Assembly: GCA_048268855.1 (NCBI GenBank)
Contig: JBLWUR010000006.1
Location: 38,474-102,473, forward strand
Direction of reading: 5' to 3'
DNA: 64,000 nucleotides
Source of the DNA: Fulvivirga sp.
GTDB taxonomy: Bacteria > Bacteroidota > Bacteroidia > Cytophagales > Cyclobacteriaceae
Numbering within the stretch: position 1 is the stretch's first letter; each line of letters starts with the position of its first letter. The notes below the pieces were generated by a model that had not been told where the DNA came from, ran no database searches, and saw only the letters and a list, made by a program, of their open reading frames with translations. A program made the position numbers and the translations under genes. Positions 18,652-28,061 of the stretch are shown here, piece by piece.

Positions 18652-19419
18652 CTAGAATTTCTCTTCAATACCCAACCCAAATAAGGCAAAATCATATTTC
18701 ACTGGATCATTAGCATCGAATTTCTTTAAATTCTCGGTAAGCTCTACGGCTGTTCTCCAGTCAGTTTGCTTTCTTGTGATAAGCCCTAGTTTTCGAGCCA
18801 CTCGATCAACATGCAAATCACAAGGGCATATAAGCTGTGCTGGTTTAATGTTTTTCCAAAGGCCAAAATCTACACCCTTGTTATCATCACGAACCATCCA
18901 GCGTAGAAACATATTGATCCGCTTACAAGCCGACTTGCGCTCAGGAGTGGCAACGTGTTTTTTAGTTCTGGCCGGGGCAATTGGAGAATCAAAAAAGGTA
19001 TTATGAAAATTAACAAGTCCGTTTTCTACGTTTTCATCATCTGAATCAAACAAAAAGGCCGTTTCTAAACTTTTATGTTGTGTATAATAATTCTTAAAAA
19101 AATCAATAAAATAAAGGGTATCAGTAGCATTGAAAGTGCGGTGCTTGAATGAAGTAAACTTTTTTAAATCGCTTTCCTTATGGTTTAAAACAAAATCATA
19201 AGGTGCGTTATCCATTGCCAAGAACAGTTCGTTGCATTTATTGATGATAGTTACCCGTTGGCCCCAAGCCAATATTGCCGCCCAAAATCCAGCTATTTCA
19301 ATATCCTGTTCTAATTTGAATCCATGAGGGATAACAATGGGGTCGTTTTTAATAAAGTCAGGCCGGTTGTACTGGCCTACCTTACTATTCAAAAAATCTT
19401 CCAGTTGATCGGTAATCAA
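18652..19419 (-). CDS. TIGR02757 (DUF2400) family protein
   Basis: DPIVIPH, LAWGQR, FKHRTFN, SACKRINMFLRWMVR, DLHVDRVARKLGL, DPVKYDFALFGLG. Confidence 0.93.
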   Translation of the reverse strand: MITDQLEDFLNSKVGQYNRPDFIKNDPIVIPHGFKLEQDIEIAGFWAAILAWGQRVTIINKCNELFLAMDNAPYDFVLNHKESDLKKFTSFKHRTFNATDTLYFIDFFKNYYTQHKSLETAFLFDSDDENVENGLVNFHNTFFDSPIAPARTKKHVATPERKSACKRINMFLRWMVRDDNKGVDFGLWKNIKPAQLICPCDLHVDRVARKLGLITRKQTDWRTAVELTENLKKFDANDPVKYDFALFGLGIEEKF

Positions 19420-20468
19420 GGAATGTAGGAAATAGTAACCCTAAATTTGGGATCAATCGCCCCTAAACGGTCATAAGCGGCTTTTGATATTTTGATCACC
19501 ACATTTTTATTTACTCCGGTATCTGGCAATTTTCCGATTATCCTCACAAAAACTTCCTGATCATTCATTTCATTTTTAACCTTCATGATCGTTCCGACTT
19601 TAGCTTTTCGGTGCATGCCTAGGTACTTGCGTGAGCTAGTTGTTCCCTCTATCTGCTCTGCTAATCCAGATTCTACAGTCTCTTCAAAATTCGTTCTTGT
19701 TTCGGGTTTAATATTGTATTTGGCTGTATCGATAGCCTGACTTTTAACAATAACCTCAGGTTTAATCACAACTACTTTGCTAGTATCAACCGACTTGGTT
19801 TCGTTTCGAGTATTTTTACCAACAACCAATTGTTGACCAATGCTAATTTCGTTACCTATCAGGCGATTCCATTTTTTAATATCATCAATACTTACTTCGT
19901 AAAGCTTAGAAATTGAATATAATGTTTCGGATGGACTTACCACGTGAATTTTGTCGCTGGTTTCTGTGACAACAGAAGGTTGACTTTTCTCTATAATGGT
20001 TGTTGGTGATACTCCTTTTTTGATCACAATACGCTGTCCAATTTCCAGCTCATTCCCACTTAAATTATTCCATTCTTTAATATCAGCAACAGTAACACCA
20101 TACATTCTTGAAATTGAAAACAAGGTCTGCTTAGCCTCTACAATGTGTATTTCGTTGCTTTTCACCAAAGGCTTATCTACCTGTGGTTTCGGAGTCTCTA
20201 CTTTTTTTACTTCCTTTTTAATAATTGGAATTAGAATTATTTTACCTACTTCTAACCCGAACTCCGTGGGTGGATTACTTTCAATAATTTTATAAATAGG
20301 CACATTATATCTTCTGGAAACTGAGTAAAGTGTTTCACCCTCAACCACTACATGCTGGATATAAGTTAGGTCACCTTTTTTTTCTATTCCAACTGAGTCC
20401 ATGCTCAGTGAGCCAGTAAATCCATTTAATTGAAACGCGCAAAAAATAACAACTAATGTCCAACGCAT
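19416..20468 (-). CDS. Triple-LysM peptidoglycan-binding protein with C-terminal RlpA-like DPBB domain
   Basis: Signal peptide from ATG 20468; three LysM repeats (HVVVEGETLYSVSRRY, HIVEAKQTLFSISRMY, HVVSPSETLYSISKLY); DPBB-like tail. Track start 20612 overlaps the upstream gene. Confidence 0.88.
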   Translation of the reverse strand: MRWTLVVIFCAFQLNGFTGSLSMDSVGIEKKGDLTYIQHVVVEGETLYSVSRRYNVPIYKIIESNPPTEFGLEVGKIILIPIIKKEVKKVETPKPQVDKPLVKSNEIHIVEAKQTLFSISRMYGVTVADIKEWNNLSGNELEIGQRIVIKKGVSPTTIIEKSQPSVVTETSDKIHVVSPSETLYSISKLYEVSIDDIKKWNRLIGNEISIGQQLVVGKNTRNETKSVDTSKVVVIKPEVIVKSQAIDTAKYNIKPETRTNFEETVESGLAEQIEGTTSSRKYLGMHRKAKVGTIMKVKNEMNDQEVFVRIIGKLPDTGVNKNVVIKISKAAYDRLGAIDPKFRVTISYIP

Positions 20469-20469
20469 A

Positions 20470-21246
20470 TTATGGTAATTGATAAATGAATAATTCGGTT
20501 TTGTTTTTAACAAATATAAGCTTGTTATGTTGAATGAAGAAAGTATCCTTACCAATTCCCTCAAGATCAACCCCAAGAGCTTCATGCAACAATATATCCT
20601 TGTTTTGATCAACTACAAGCAAATTATTAGCCATTTTTTGCTGGTCTGTATAATATGAAATAAATGCGCTTTCATTGTGTTCAAGATACTCTGCCCCTAC
20701 CCCAATTTTTTCTGACGTCATCTGCTCAACAAAACGTTCGATAGTTGGAAAATATTGATTTTTCCGCGGATAAAATTCTGGTGAATGAATTTCGAGAATA
20801 CTCTCTCTGATATCATTTCTATTTAAGTCTGTTTTCTTACCATTTGAAATATCAAATACAGTAGGTTCTGCACTATTTTCATCCCTCACCAGTACTTGAT
20901 CATTTACAATGGAAACATTTTTCCATTGGTCATATCTCCATAATTCTTTATTCTCCTTCAAGCTCCAACCAATGTAATTGGCAACGTCAGGATTAGTCTC
21001 AGATAGATATGTTTGTAATATTAAAATTGATTGAGAAATATAAAAAGGAGATATTAACCACTGTTCTTCCAATATAATTTTATCTCCTAATGCGGATGTC
21101 TCTAAGTCAAACTTATAGAATGAGGCCTCCATTATCTCAGCATCCCTAATTTCCAACAACAGAATTTTTCCTTCGGCATCAGTTTTTATGCTCCATACTT
21201 TACCCTTGAAGCTGTGTGAAAAGATGAGGTGTAAGTTTCTTACCAA
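20470..21246 (-). CDS. DUF4905-type hypothetical protein
   Basis: Long ORF with beta-repeat character (KVWSI, EEQW, ELWRYD; C-terminal DTFFIQHNKLIFVKNK), in tandem with the LysM gene. Confidence 0.65.
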   Translation of the reverse strand: MVRNLHLIFSHSFKGKVWSIKTDAEGKILLLEIRDAEIMEASFYKFDLETSALGDKIILEEQWLISPFYISQSILILQTYLSETNPDVANYIGWSLKENKELWRYDQWKNVSIVNDQVLVRDENSAEPTVFDISNGKKTDLNRNDIRESILEIHSPEFYPRKNQYFPTIERFVEQMTSEKIGVGAEYLEHNESAFISYYTDQQKMANNLLVVDQNKDILLHEALGVDLEGIGKDTFFIQHNKLIFVKNKTELFIYQLP

Positions 21247-21283
21247 TGGTTATTATTCTTTAATTTAGACAAAAATACATCGT

Positions 21284-22633
21284 ATGAATCGGTTAGAAAG
21301 TTTTGTGCTTCTTTTTTGTTTGATCTCATCACTGAGTTTAAATTATAATGTCTTTGGTCAAACCAAACCGAAAGTGATGGTGATGGAGTTGAAGGCCGAG
21401 ATCGATCCACGAACCAACCGTTATGTTGATTTGGCCTTGAAGTATGCTGATGAAATTAAGGCTGACTATGTTATAATCGAAATGGACACTTATGGTGGAG
21501 CCGTAACCGATGCTAAAGACATTGTTGAAAATATTATGGATTTCGATAAGCCTGTTTGGGTGTTTATCAATAAAGATGCTGCCTCCGCTGGAGCCTTGAT
21601 ATCCATTGCCTGTGATAGCATTTATATGTCACCCGGTGCTAATATCGGAGCGGCTACAGTAGTTACTCAAGATGGTGCCGCTGCCCCTGACAAATACCAG
21701 TCCTATATGCGGAGTACCATGCGATCTATTGCTGAAGAAAAAGGACGAGATCCAAAAATTGCAGAAGCCATGGTAGATCAGACTATTGAAATTGAGGGCA
21801 TAAGCCCAGCCGGTCAAGTGATTACTTTTTCAACGAATGAGGCCATTGAACATGGTTTTTGTGAAGCCAAAGTGTCTAGTATTGAAGAAATACTGACCAG
21901 AAATAAGATTGACAACTACGAACTCATTAAATACGAGCAAAGTACAACAGAATATATTATTTCTATTTTCCTTAACCCCTTCATAAGCGGCATTTTGATA
22001 ATGGTAATTATTGGCGGGATATATTTTGAACTTCAAACACCAGGCGTAGGGTTTCCAATAGCTGCTGCCCTTATTGCACTTGTGCTCTATTTCGTCCCTT
22101 ATTACCTTACCGGCCTTGCTGAAAACTGGGAGATCATTGCTTTTTTCATTGGTTTATTGCTCATCGGATTGGAAATTTTCGTAATTCCTGGTTTTGGAGT
22201 AGCTGGAATCCTTGGTATTACATTGACTCTTAGTTCTCTAATACTTGTGATGCTCAATAACGATGCATTTGATTTTACTTATGTTGATTACAATTCGATT
22301 ATTGTGGCGATAATCGCAGCCAGTTTAGGCGTATTTGGTGGTGTGGCACTGCTTTTCATTGTTGGGATAAAAATGACTGATTCCAAATTTTTTGCACGAG
22401 TGGCCCTTACGGATACGATGAACCGAAGTGAAGGCTACACGAGTAGCTTTATCAAAGAGTCGATGATTGGCAAAAAAGGCGTAGCGCATACGGTATTGCG
22501 ACCAAGTGGAAGAGTAATGATTGATGGGGAGGTATTTGATGCTTATACAAGAGGTGATTATATCGACAAAGATCAAAAAATAATAGTGACAAGTGAAGAA
22601 GGAACTTCCTTGAAGGTAAAGTTGGATAGTTAA
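21284..22633 (+). CDS. nfeD: NfeD family membrane-bound serine protease (long form)
   Basis: MDTYGG, DAASAGALI (S49 serine), TM core, LEIFVIPGFGVAG, C-terminal OB fold TVLRPSGRVMIDG. Confidence 0.9.
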   Translation: MNRLESFVLLFCLISSLSLNYNVFGQTKPKVMVMELKAEIDPRTNRYVDLALKYADEIKADYVIIEMDTYGGAVTDAKDIVENIMDFDKPVWVFINKDAASAGALISIACDSIYMSPGANIGAATVVTQDGAAAPDKYQSYMRSTMRSIAEEKGRDPKIAEAMVDQTIEIEGISPAGQVITFSTNEAIEHGFCEAKVSSIEEILTRNKIDNYELIKYEQSTTEYIISIFLNPFISGILIMVIIGGIYFELQTPGVGFPIAAALIALVLYFVPYYLTGLAENWEIIAFFIGLLLIGLEIFVIPGFGVAGILGITLTLSSLILVMLNNDAFDFTYVDYNSIIVAIIAASLGVFGGVALLFIVGIKMTDSKFFARVALTDTMNRSEGYTSSFIKESMIGKKGVAHTVLRPSGRVMIDGEVFDAYTRGDYIDKDQKIIVTSEEGTSLKVKLDS

Positions 22634-22649
22634 TTTCAAAGTTTAATAC

Positions 22650-23384
22650 ATGAAAATACTAGGCGTAATTCCTGCACGATATGCATCAACCAGATTTCCT
22701 GCCAAGGCTTTAGCTGATATTGGTGGAAAACCTATGGTTCAACGTGTGTATGAACAAGCACTTAAAGCTAAAGAACTCTCCAAAGTAATTGTCGCTACAG
22801 ATCACGCTAAAATTGTGGAGGCTGTCCAGGGATTCGAAGGAAATGTATGTCTGACCAATGAAAATCATCAAAGTGGAACAGACCGATGTAATGAAGTACT
22901 TGCTAAAGAGATAGATGAATTTGATTATGTCATCAACATTCAAGGAGATGAACCTTTCATCGATCCTAGTCAGATTAATTTACTGGCAGCTTTGCTTGAT
23001 GGTAAAACAGAACTTGGCACTTTGGTTAAAAAGATTGAAGATACCCATGAGCTATTTGATCATAATGTCGTGAAATGTGTCTTTAACAAAAAACAAGAGG
23101 CTTTATATTTTAGCCGTTCCACAGTACCATTCTTAAGAAATCAGCCAAAGGAACAATGGCTTGAGCATCAAGACTTTTATAAACATATTGGCATTTATGC
23201 CTATAGAGCAGATGTACTCAAACTCATAGCTAGTCTGCCCTCTTCATCTTTAGAACAGGCAGAATCTCTGGAACAATTAAGATGGTTGGAGAATGGCTAT
23301 AAGATAAAAATTGCAGAAACCCATCTACCTTCTTTTGGAGTAGATACCCCTGACGATCTGATGCGTTTGAAAGATTTTTATTAA
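22650..23384 (+). CDS. kdsB: 3-deoxy-manno-octulosonate cytidylyltransferase
   Basis: IPARYASTRFPAKAL, SGTDRC, INIQGDEP, ALYFSR, KHIGIYAY, EQAESLEQLRWL, GVDTPDD. Confidence 0.96.
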   Translation: MKILGVIPARYASTRFPAKALADIGGKPMVQRVYEQALKAKELSKVIVATDHAKIVEAVQGFEGNVCLTNENHQSGTDRCNEVLAKEIDEFDYVINIQGDEPFIDPSQINLLAALLDGKTELGTLVKKIEDTHELFDHNVVKCVFNKKQEALYFSRSTVPFLRNQPKEQWLEHQDFYKHIGIYAYRADVLKLIASLPSSSLEQAESLEQLRWLENGYKIKIAETHLPSFGVDTPDDLMRLKDFY

Positions 23385-23426
23385 CACTAATTTCAATGTA
23401 TTTTCGCGCATTAAAATGAATGGTCA

Positions 23427-24518
23427 GTGCGATTTAGATTATTAATAGCTTTTCTTTTTATCTCTACACTAGCTTTTTCCCAGTTTACACCAGGGTTAAA
23501 CAAAACCCTAGGAATTGAGATCTTTGACGGATTTATTTTACAACATAAACCTCAAATCAGTCATTTGATCACCAAGCACCCAATAGGATTCAGGGTAACC
23601 ATGGACAAAAAAGTATATGGGGATCAACCTTGGGAACAGCGTTATAACTATCCAGATATGGGGATGACACTCGTATATATGGATTATCGCAATCCGGTAT
23701 TAGGTAAAACAATTGGGCTGATCCCACATATCAATTTTTACCTTCGTGGCAACCGTGAAGCAAAAGGCCAGTTGCAATTTAAAATGGGATTTGGTATGGG
23801 GTATACTACCAACAAGTATAATCCTGAGACCAACAACAAAAACAATGTAATCAGTACTGATCTTACTGGTGCAGTATTATTCCAATTCGGATATCAATAC
23901 GAATTGACCAAAAAATTATTCTTTAACAGTTCTGCATCCGTTACTCATTTCTCCAATGGTGCCATAAAAAAACCAAATTCTGGAGTCAACATAATTGCCA
24001 CTAATTTAGGTCTCAGTTATATGATCCGTTATGAACCTAAAACCTATACCTATAATGAGGAGAAACCATTGGAAGATAAGGCAATTGGCGCTTCAATTAC
24101 CCTTACGGGAGGTGCACATGAAAGCTTAAAAATTGGCAGTGGTGCCAAACCTTTTTTTGTGCTCTCTGGATTAGTTGATAAGGAACTTAACTATAAAAGT
24201 AGACTTGGATTGGGGCTAGAGTGGTTTTATTCGGCCTCACTGAAGGATGAAATAAAATATGATGACCTAGTAGACAAAGGGACTGACTTTAATCGAATTG
24301 GATTGTATGTAAGCCATGAGCTAATGATCAATGAATTTTCGATAATGGGACAGGTAGGTTATTATATTTATGATCCTTACAAGCCCTATCAACCTGTATA
24401 TCTAAGACTTGGACTGAGACGGTATTTTTCAAAAAGATTTTATTGTTCCATTGGAGTAAAATCACATAGTGCTAAAGCGGAAGCTATGGAATTTGCGATA
24501 GGGTATAGATTAAAATGA
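23427..24518 (+). CDS. Outer-membrane beta-barrel with PagL-like (acyloxyacyl hydrolase) motif
   Basis: Signal peptide, amphipathic beta-strands, HFSNG...PNSGVN (PagL H-x-S-N motif), C-terminal aromatic strand; GTG start. Confidence 0.75.
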   Translation: MRFRLLIAFLFISTLAFSQFTPGLNKTLGIEIFDGFILQHKPQISHLITKHPIGFRVTMDKKVYGDQPWEQRYNYPDMGMTLVYMDYRNPVLGKTIGLIPHINFYLRGNREAKGQLQFKMGFGMGYTTNKYNPETNNKNNVISTDLTGAVLFQFGYQYELTKKLFFNSSASVTHFSNGAIKKPNSGVNIIATNLGLSYMIRYEPKTYTYNEEKPLEDKAIGASITLTGGAHESLKIGSGAKPFFVLSGLVDKELNYKSRLGLGLEWFYSASLKDEIKYDDLVDKGTDFNRIGLYVSHELMINEFSIMGQVGYYIYDPYKPYQPVYLRLGLRRYFSKRFYCSIGVKSHSAKAEAMEFAIGYRLK

Positions 24519-25249
24519 AAAAATTTCTCCTGATATTAACCATTGCTTTTGCCTTCGGGTGTAACAGTGAGGATGCACCCGATTGTCTCAAATCCGCTGG
24601 CAAACAATTAACAAAAAATGTTGTGTTGGATGATTTCGATCGACTCTATATCAATAACGATTTTAATGTTTTAATAACGCAAGGAGCCGTTCAAAAAGTT
24701 ACAATCACTATTGGTGAAAACTTATTTAAAGAGATTGATTTTAAAGTAATAGAGGGTGAGTTACACATTACAAACCACATCAGTTGCCGATGGGTTCGAA
24801 AGTATGATTTTCCCACTATCAATATAACTGTCCCTACTATTTCAAAAATAGAGATCACAGGTGGAAGCGTCATTCAAACAGTAGGCACCCTTAACGTACC
24901 TTCTATAGAATTGCGGTCACAGGATTGTAATGGTGATTTTTATATGGATATTGATAGCAATAATTTAAACGTATGGAGCAATGAAATTTCTAACTTCACA
25001 TTAATCGGACAGGTTAATAATTTGTCAGTAAGCTTTACTGCAGGTGATGGTTTGTTTAAAGGAGCTGATTTACTTGCCACCGATGCCAACATCTATCATA
25101 ATGGAACGAATATCATCACTGTAAATGTTAGCAATGAGCTAAAAGGGAGTATCAATTCTACCGGCAACCTCAAATATGTTGGTAATACACCTGCAACAAT
25201 TGATGTAAAAGACAATGGGCGAGGCCACTTAATAAACGGAAGCAATTAA
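24515..25249 (+). CDS. DUF2807 (head GIN domain) lipoprotein
   Basis: Lipobox AFG-C; Gly/Ser-rich beta-helix repeats; follows the PagL-like gene with ATGA overlap. Confidence 0.8.
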   Translation: MKKFLLILTIAFAFGCNSEDAPDCLKSAGKQLTKNVVLDDFDRLYINNDFNVLITQGAVQKVTITIGENLFKEIDFKVIEGELHITNHISCRWVRKYDFPTINITVPTISKIEITGGSVIQTVGTLNVPSIELRSQDCNGDFYMDIDSNNLNVWSNEISNFTLIGQVNNLSVSFTAGDGLFKGADLLATDANIYHNGTNIITVNVSNELKGSINSTGNLKYVGNTPATIDVKDNGRGHLINGSN

Positions 25250-25779
25250 TGGGAAAGATAGCTGTTATCTGTGGAACAAATAGAATAGATTCAATGTCTT
25301 TTCAAATTGCCAAAATTTATCAGGATTTATTGAAGAATATTGGACATGATAGTGAGTTAATCGATCTTTCTGATCTACCCAATGACTTTGCTTTTAGTGC
25401 GTTGTATGACAACGCTGGCAAGAATGCAGAATTTAACCACTTCAGAGATATCATAAGTAACGTGGATAAATTTGTTTTCATTGTTCCTGAATATAATGGT
25501 TCCTTTCCTGGTGTACTTAAGACATTTATTGATGGCTTAAAATACCCTGATAGCTTTAAAAATAAAAAATGCGCCCTAGTAGGCTTATCTTCTGGCGTCC
25601 AAGGAGCAGGCCTTGCGTTAAGCCATTTGACTGATATATTTCACTATTGTGGAATGGAAGTGCTCTCTTTGAAGCCCAAGTTATCATATATTGAACGCCA
25701 TTATAAGGATGGAGTAATCGCCAATGAACTTTATGTTAGTTTACTGGCCGACCAAGCGAAAAAGTTTATTGCGTTTTAA
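25249..25779 (+). CDS. NADPH-dependent FMN reductase
   Basis: GTNR, PEYNGSFPGVLKTFID, GLSSG; TAATG coupling to the upstream gene. Confidence 0.92.
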   Translation: MGKIAVICGTNRIDSMSFQIAKIYQDLLKNIGHDSELIDLSDLPNDFAFSALYDNAGKNAEFNHFRDIISNVDKFVFIVPEYNGSFPGVLKTFIDGLKYPDSFKNKKCALVGLSSGVQGAGLALSHLTDIFHYCGMEVLSLKPKLSYIERHYKDGVIANELYVSLLADQAKKFIAF

Positions 25780-25828
25780 ATGCATATCTTAAGGATTGCC
25801 GCGTCCTACCTTCCTCGCAATCACCAAA

Positions 25829-26842
25829 TTACTTCACCTCTTCCCTACCATCTACATGCTTGGCAAAACGACCCATTTCACGTGGGTGTACATGATCATG
25901 ACTTGGCCAGGGCCAACCACCAAACTGTGTTGATCTGTAGTCGTTCATGGCTTCCTGAATTTCATTCTGAGTGTTCATTACAAATGGACCATATTGAGCT
26001 ACAGGTTCCCCAATTGGTTTGCCTTGCAACAAGAGTAATCGGGCTGGCTCACCATCATTCTTTATTGTCACCTCACTATTTGGTTGTAACTCAACTCCGT
26101 GATAGGGTCTGATAGATTGATCTGCTATTTTCAGATCGTTCCCTTCAAAAAAATAAACTGTTCTATTGCTCCCTTCTTTGGCTTCTGGAATTGTCCACTC
26201 AGCCCCGGATTCCATAGAGATTGTCCAAATAGCCACGTCATTAGCAGGATCAGCCGCCCACGATTTGGGGGCCGGAGCTGGTGCGTTGGTATCGTCAAGT
26301 TGCCCCGCAATAATATCTACTGCCGTTTTCTTTCCATTTTCATCTTCGTATTCAAGTGTAGGTATGGTATCGCTCCAAAGCATCGCAAAATGTGGCTCTA
26401 CTAGCTTATTGGCCTTTGGTAGGTTCAGCCAAATTTGAAATAGCTCTACCTGATTTCGGTTTTCTTTGTCAAGTAACGGAAACATCTCTGAATGTTGAAC
26501 CCCTTTACCAGCAGTCATCCATTGTACATCGCCATAACCAAATCGGGCTGCTGCACCAAGGGAATCAGAATGATCAATTAAACCATTTTTTGCAATGGTA
26601 ACGGTTTCAAATCCACGATGAGGATGAGCAGGAAAACCTGGTACTGTTCTCCCGTGGTACATTCTCCAGCCATCTTTCACAGTAAAATCCTGGCCTATAT
26701 TTCTACCTGCCAGTGATTCATCTGGCCCTAGTTGATCATTGCCCTTAGGATAATTATCGGCATGGTGAACACAAAATAAAAAAGGATCACTTGTTTGCCA
26801 TGGGAAGTCTAGTGCTTTGATTTTTATAATTGGAGAATCCAT
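25829..26842 (-). CDS. Pirin family protein
   Basis: DPFLFCVHH, GFPAHPHRGFETVT, HSDSLG, QWMTAGKGVQHSE, GPFVMNT. Confidence 0.94.
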   Translation of the reverse strand: MDSPIIKIKALDFPWQTSDPFLFCVHHADNYPKGNDQLGPDESLAGRNIGQDFTVKDGWRMYHGRTVPGFPAHPHRGFETVTIAKNGLIDHSDSLGAAARFGYGDVQWMTAGKGVQHSEMFPLLDKENRNQVELFQIWLNLPKANKLVEPHFAMLWSDTIPTLEYEDENGKKTAVDIIAGQLDDTNAPAPAPKSWAADPANDVAIWTISMESGAEWTIPEAKEGSNRTVYFFEGNDLKIADQSIRPYHGVELQPNSEVTIKNDGEPARLLLLQGKPIGEPVAQYGPFVMNTQNEIQEAMNDYRSTQFGGWPWPSHDHVHPREMGRFAKHVDGREEVK

Positions 26843-27196
26843 AGATTTGGTATTTATAAGATCAATATGAAGATAAAGAAGTTCCTATCACCATCAACAA
26901 TATTTTAGCTAAAAACTAATGTCATTATTACTTTTTTTGCCGACTTAAATGATCAATAAATTCTATTATTTATACGGAAAACAGGGTAAAGAGTATTACA
27001 TTAAACTATTGGTGTGGATCAGTTGATAACTAATTAGCGTATCTATTGTTGGTAACCCTGGTGGAGCTAACGTACCACATTTAACGCTCGTATAAATCTT
27101 TCCTTGGTTTTACTGGGCCAACCAATCATTTTAATAAAATTGAGTTTTTGTCACCTAACAAAGGTTATTCAATTAATGATTCACAAAACATAATAA

Positions 27197-27931
27197 ATGA
27201 ACATCAATTTTATATTTCTCCTCCTTGCCCTGTTCGCTGAAATAGTCGGTACAGTAGGAGGATTTGGTTCTTCTGTGTTTTTTGTTCCTATTGGCAATTT
27301 CTATTTTGATTTCTATTCTGTTTTAGGACTAACTGCCATATTTCATCTATCAAGTAATCTGAGTAAAATATTCCTGTTCAAAAAAGGACTGGACAAAAGG
27401 TTACTGATTAATATTGGGATTCCTTCTGTAGTGTTTGTGATCATTGGGGGCCTATTGTCTAAGTATTTAGATAGTGCCATTTTAGAAATTATATTGAGCA
27501 TATTTTTAGTAAGCTTTAGCCTTTTATTTTTAATAAAAAGCAAAGTTGTCATTCCTCCAAATAAGAAGAATGCACTTATTGGTGGTTCATTATCTGGATT
27601 TTCTGCGGGGTTGTTAGGGACAGGCGGAGCAATTCGTGGCTTAACTATGGCCGCATTCAACTTAGAGAAAAGTGTCTTTATAGCAACTTCGGCATTTATA
27701 GATTTTATGATCGATTTTTCCCGAACATTTGTATACTACAACAATGGTTACATACATGATCACGATTTAAAATACGTCCCTTTTCTATTTGTTATTGGTC
27801 TTTTAGGCTCATACATAGGAAAAAAACTATTGGTTCACATACCCCAAAGCAAATTTAGAAGACTATCTCTTTTCCTAATCTTATTCGTTGGAATAGTAAC
27901 GGTAGTTCAACTATTTGTTGAGAAAGTATAG
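27197..27931 (+). CDS. TauE/SafE (TSUP) family permease
   Basis: GTVGGFGSS, GLLGTGGAI, about eight TM helices. Confidence 0.88.
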   Translation: MNINFIFLLLALFAEIVGTVGGFGSSVFFVPIGNFYFDFYSVLGLTAIFHLSSNLSKIFLFKKGLDKRLLINIGIPSVVFVIIGGLLSKYLDSAILEIILSIFLVSFSLLFLIKSKVVIPPNKKNALIGGSLSGFSAGLLGTGGAIRGLTMAAFNLEKSVFIATSAFIDFMIDFSRTFVYYNNGYIHDHDLKYVPFLFVIGLLGSYIGKKLLVHIPQSKFRRLSLFLILFVGIVTVVQLFVEKV

Positions 27932-28061
27932 TACAATCCAAACTTGTCTGATAGGTTACCAACTTCTGTTTTCTTTGAAATCTGTTAGAAATTTTCAAAA
28001 CTATTTTTACTCGACTACGTTTCAATGTTTAAACATTGATTATTTACTAACTACAAACTTT

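Noticed and set aside
25780-26112. 110-aa + strand ORF starting right after the FMN reductase stop
   Set aside because: Lies almost entirely antisense to pirin, has atypical His/Leu-rich composition and no recognisable motif; treated as a shadow ORF.
26843-27196. 354-bp gap with short ORFs (20-25 aa) and a GCTAAC/TACCACATTTAA stretch faintly like a cassette-end repeat
   Set aside because: No convincing inverted partner or coding signal could be established by eye.
27915-28061. Long N-terminal extensions in the ORF track (OYE here; also lpxA, 6248, LysM, ftsZ, nqrE, cmk, mnmA)
   Set aside because: They overlap upstream genes or promoters and precede the family-typical N-termini; starts were moved downstream.
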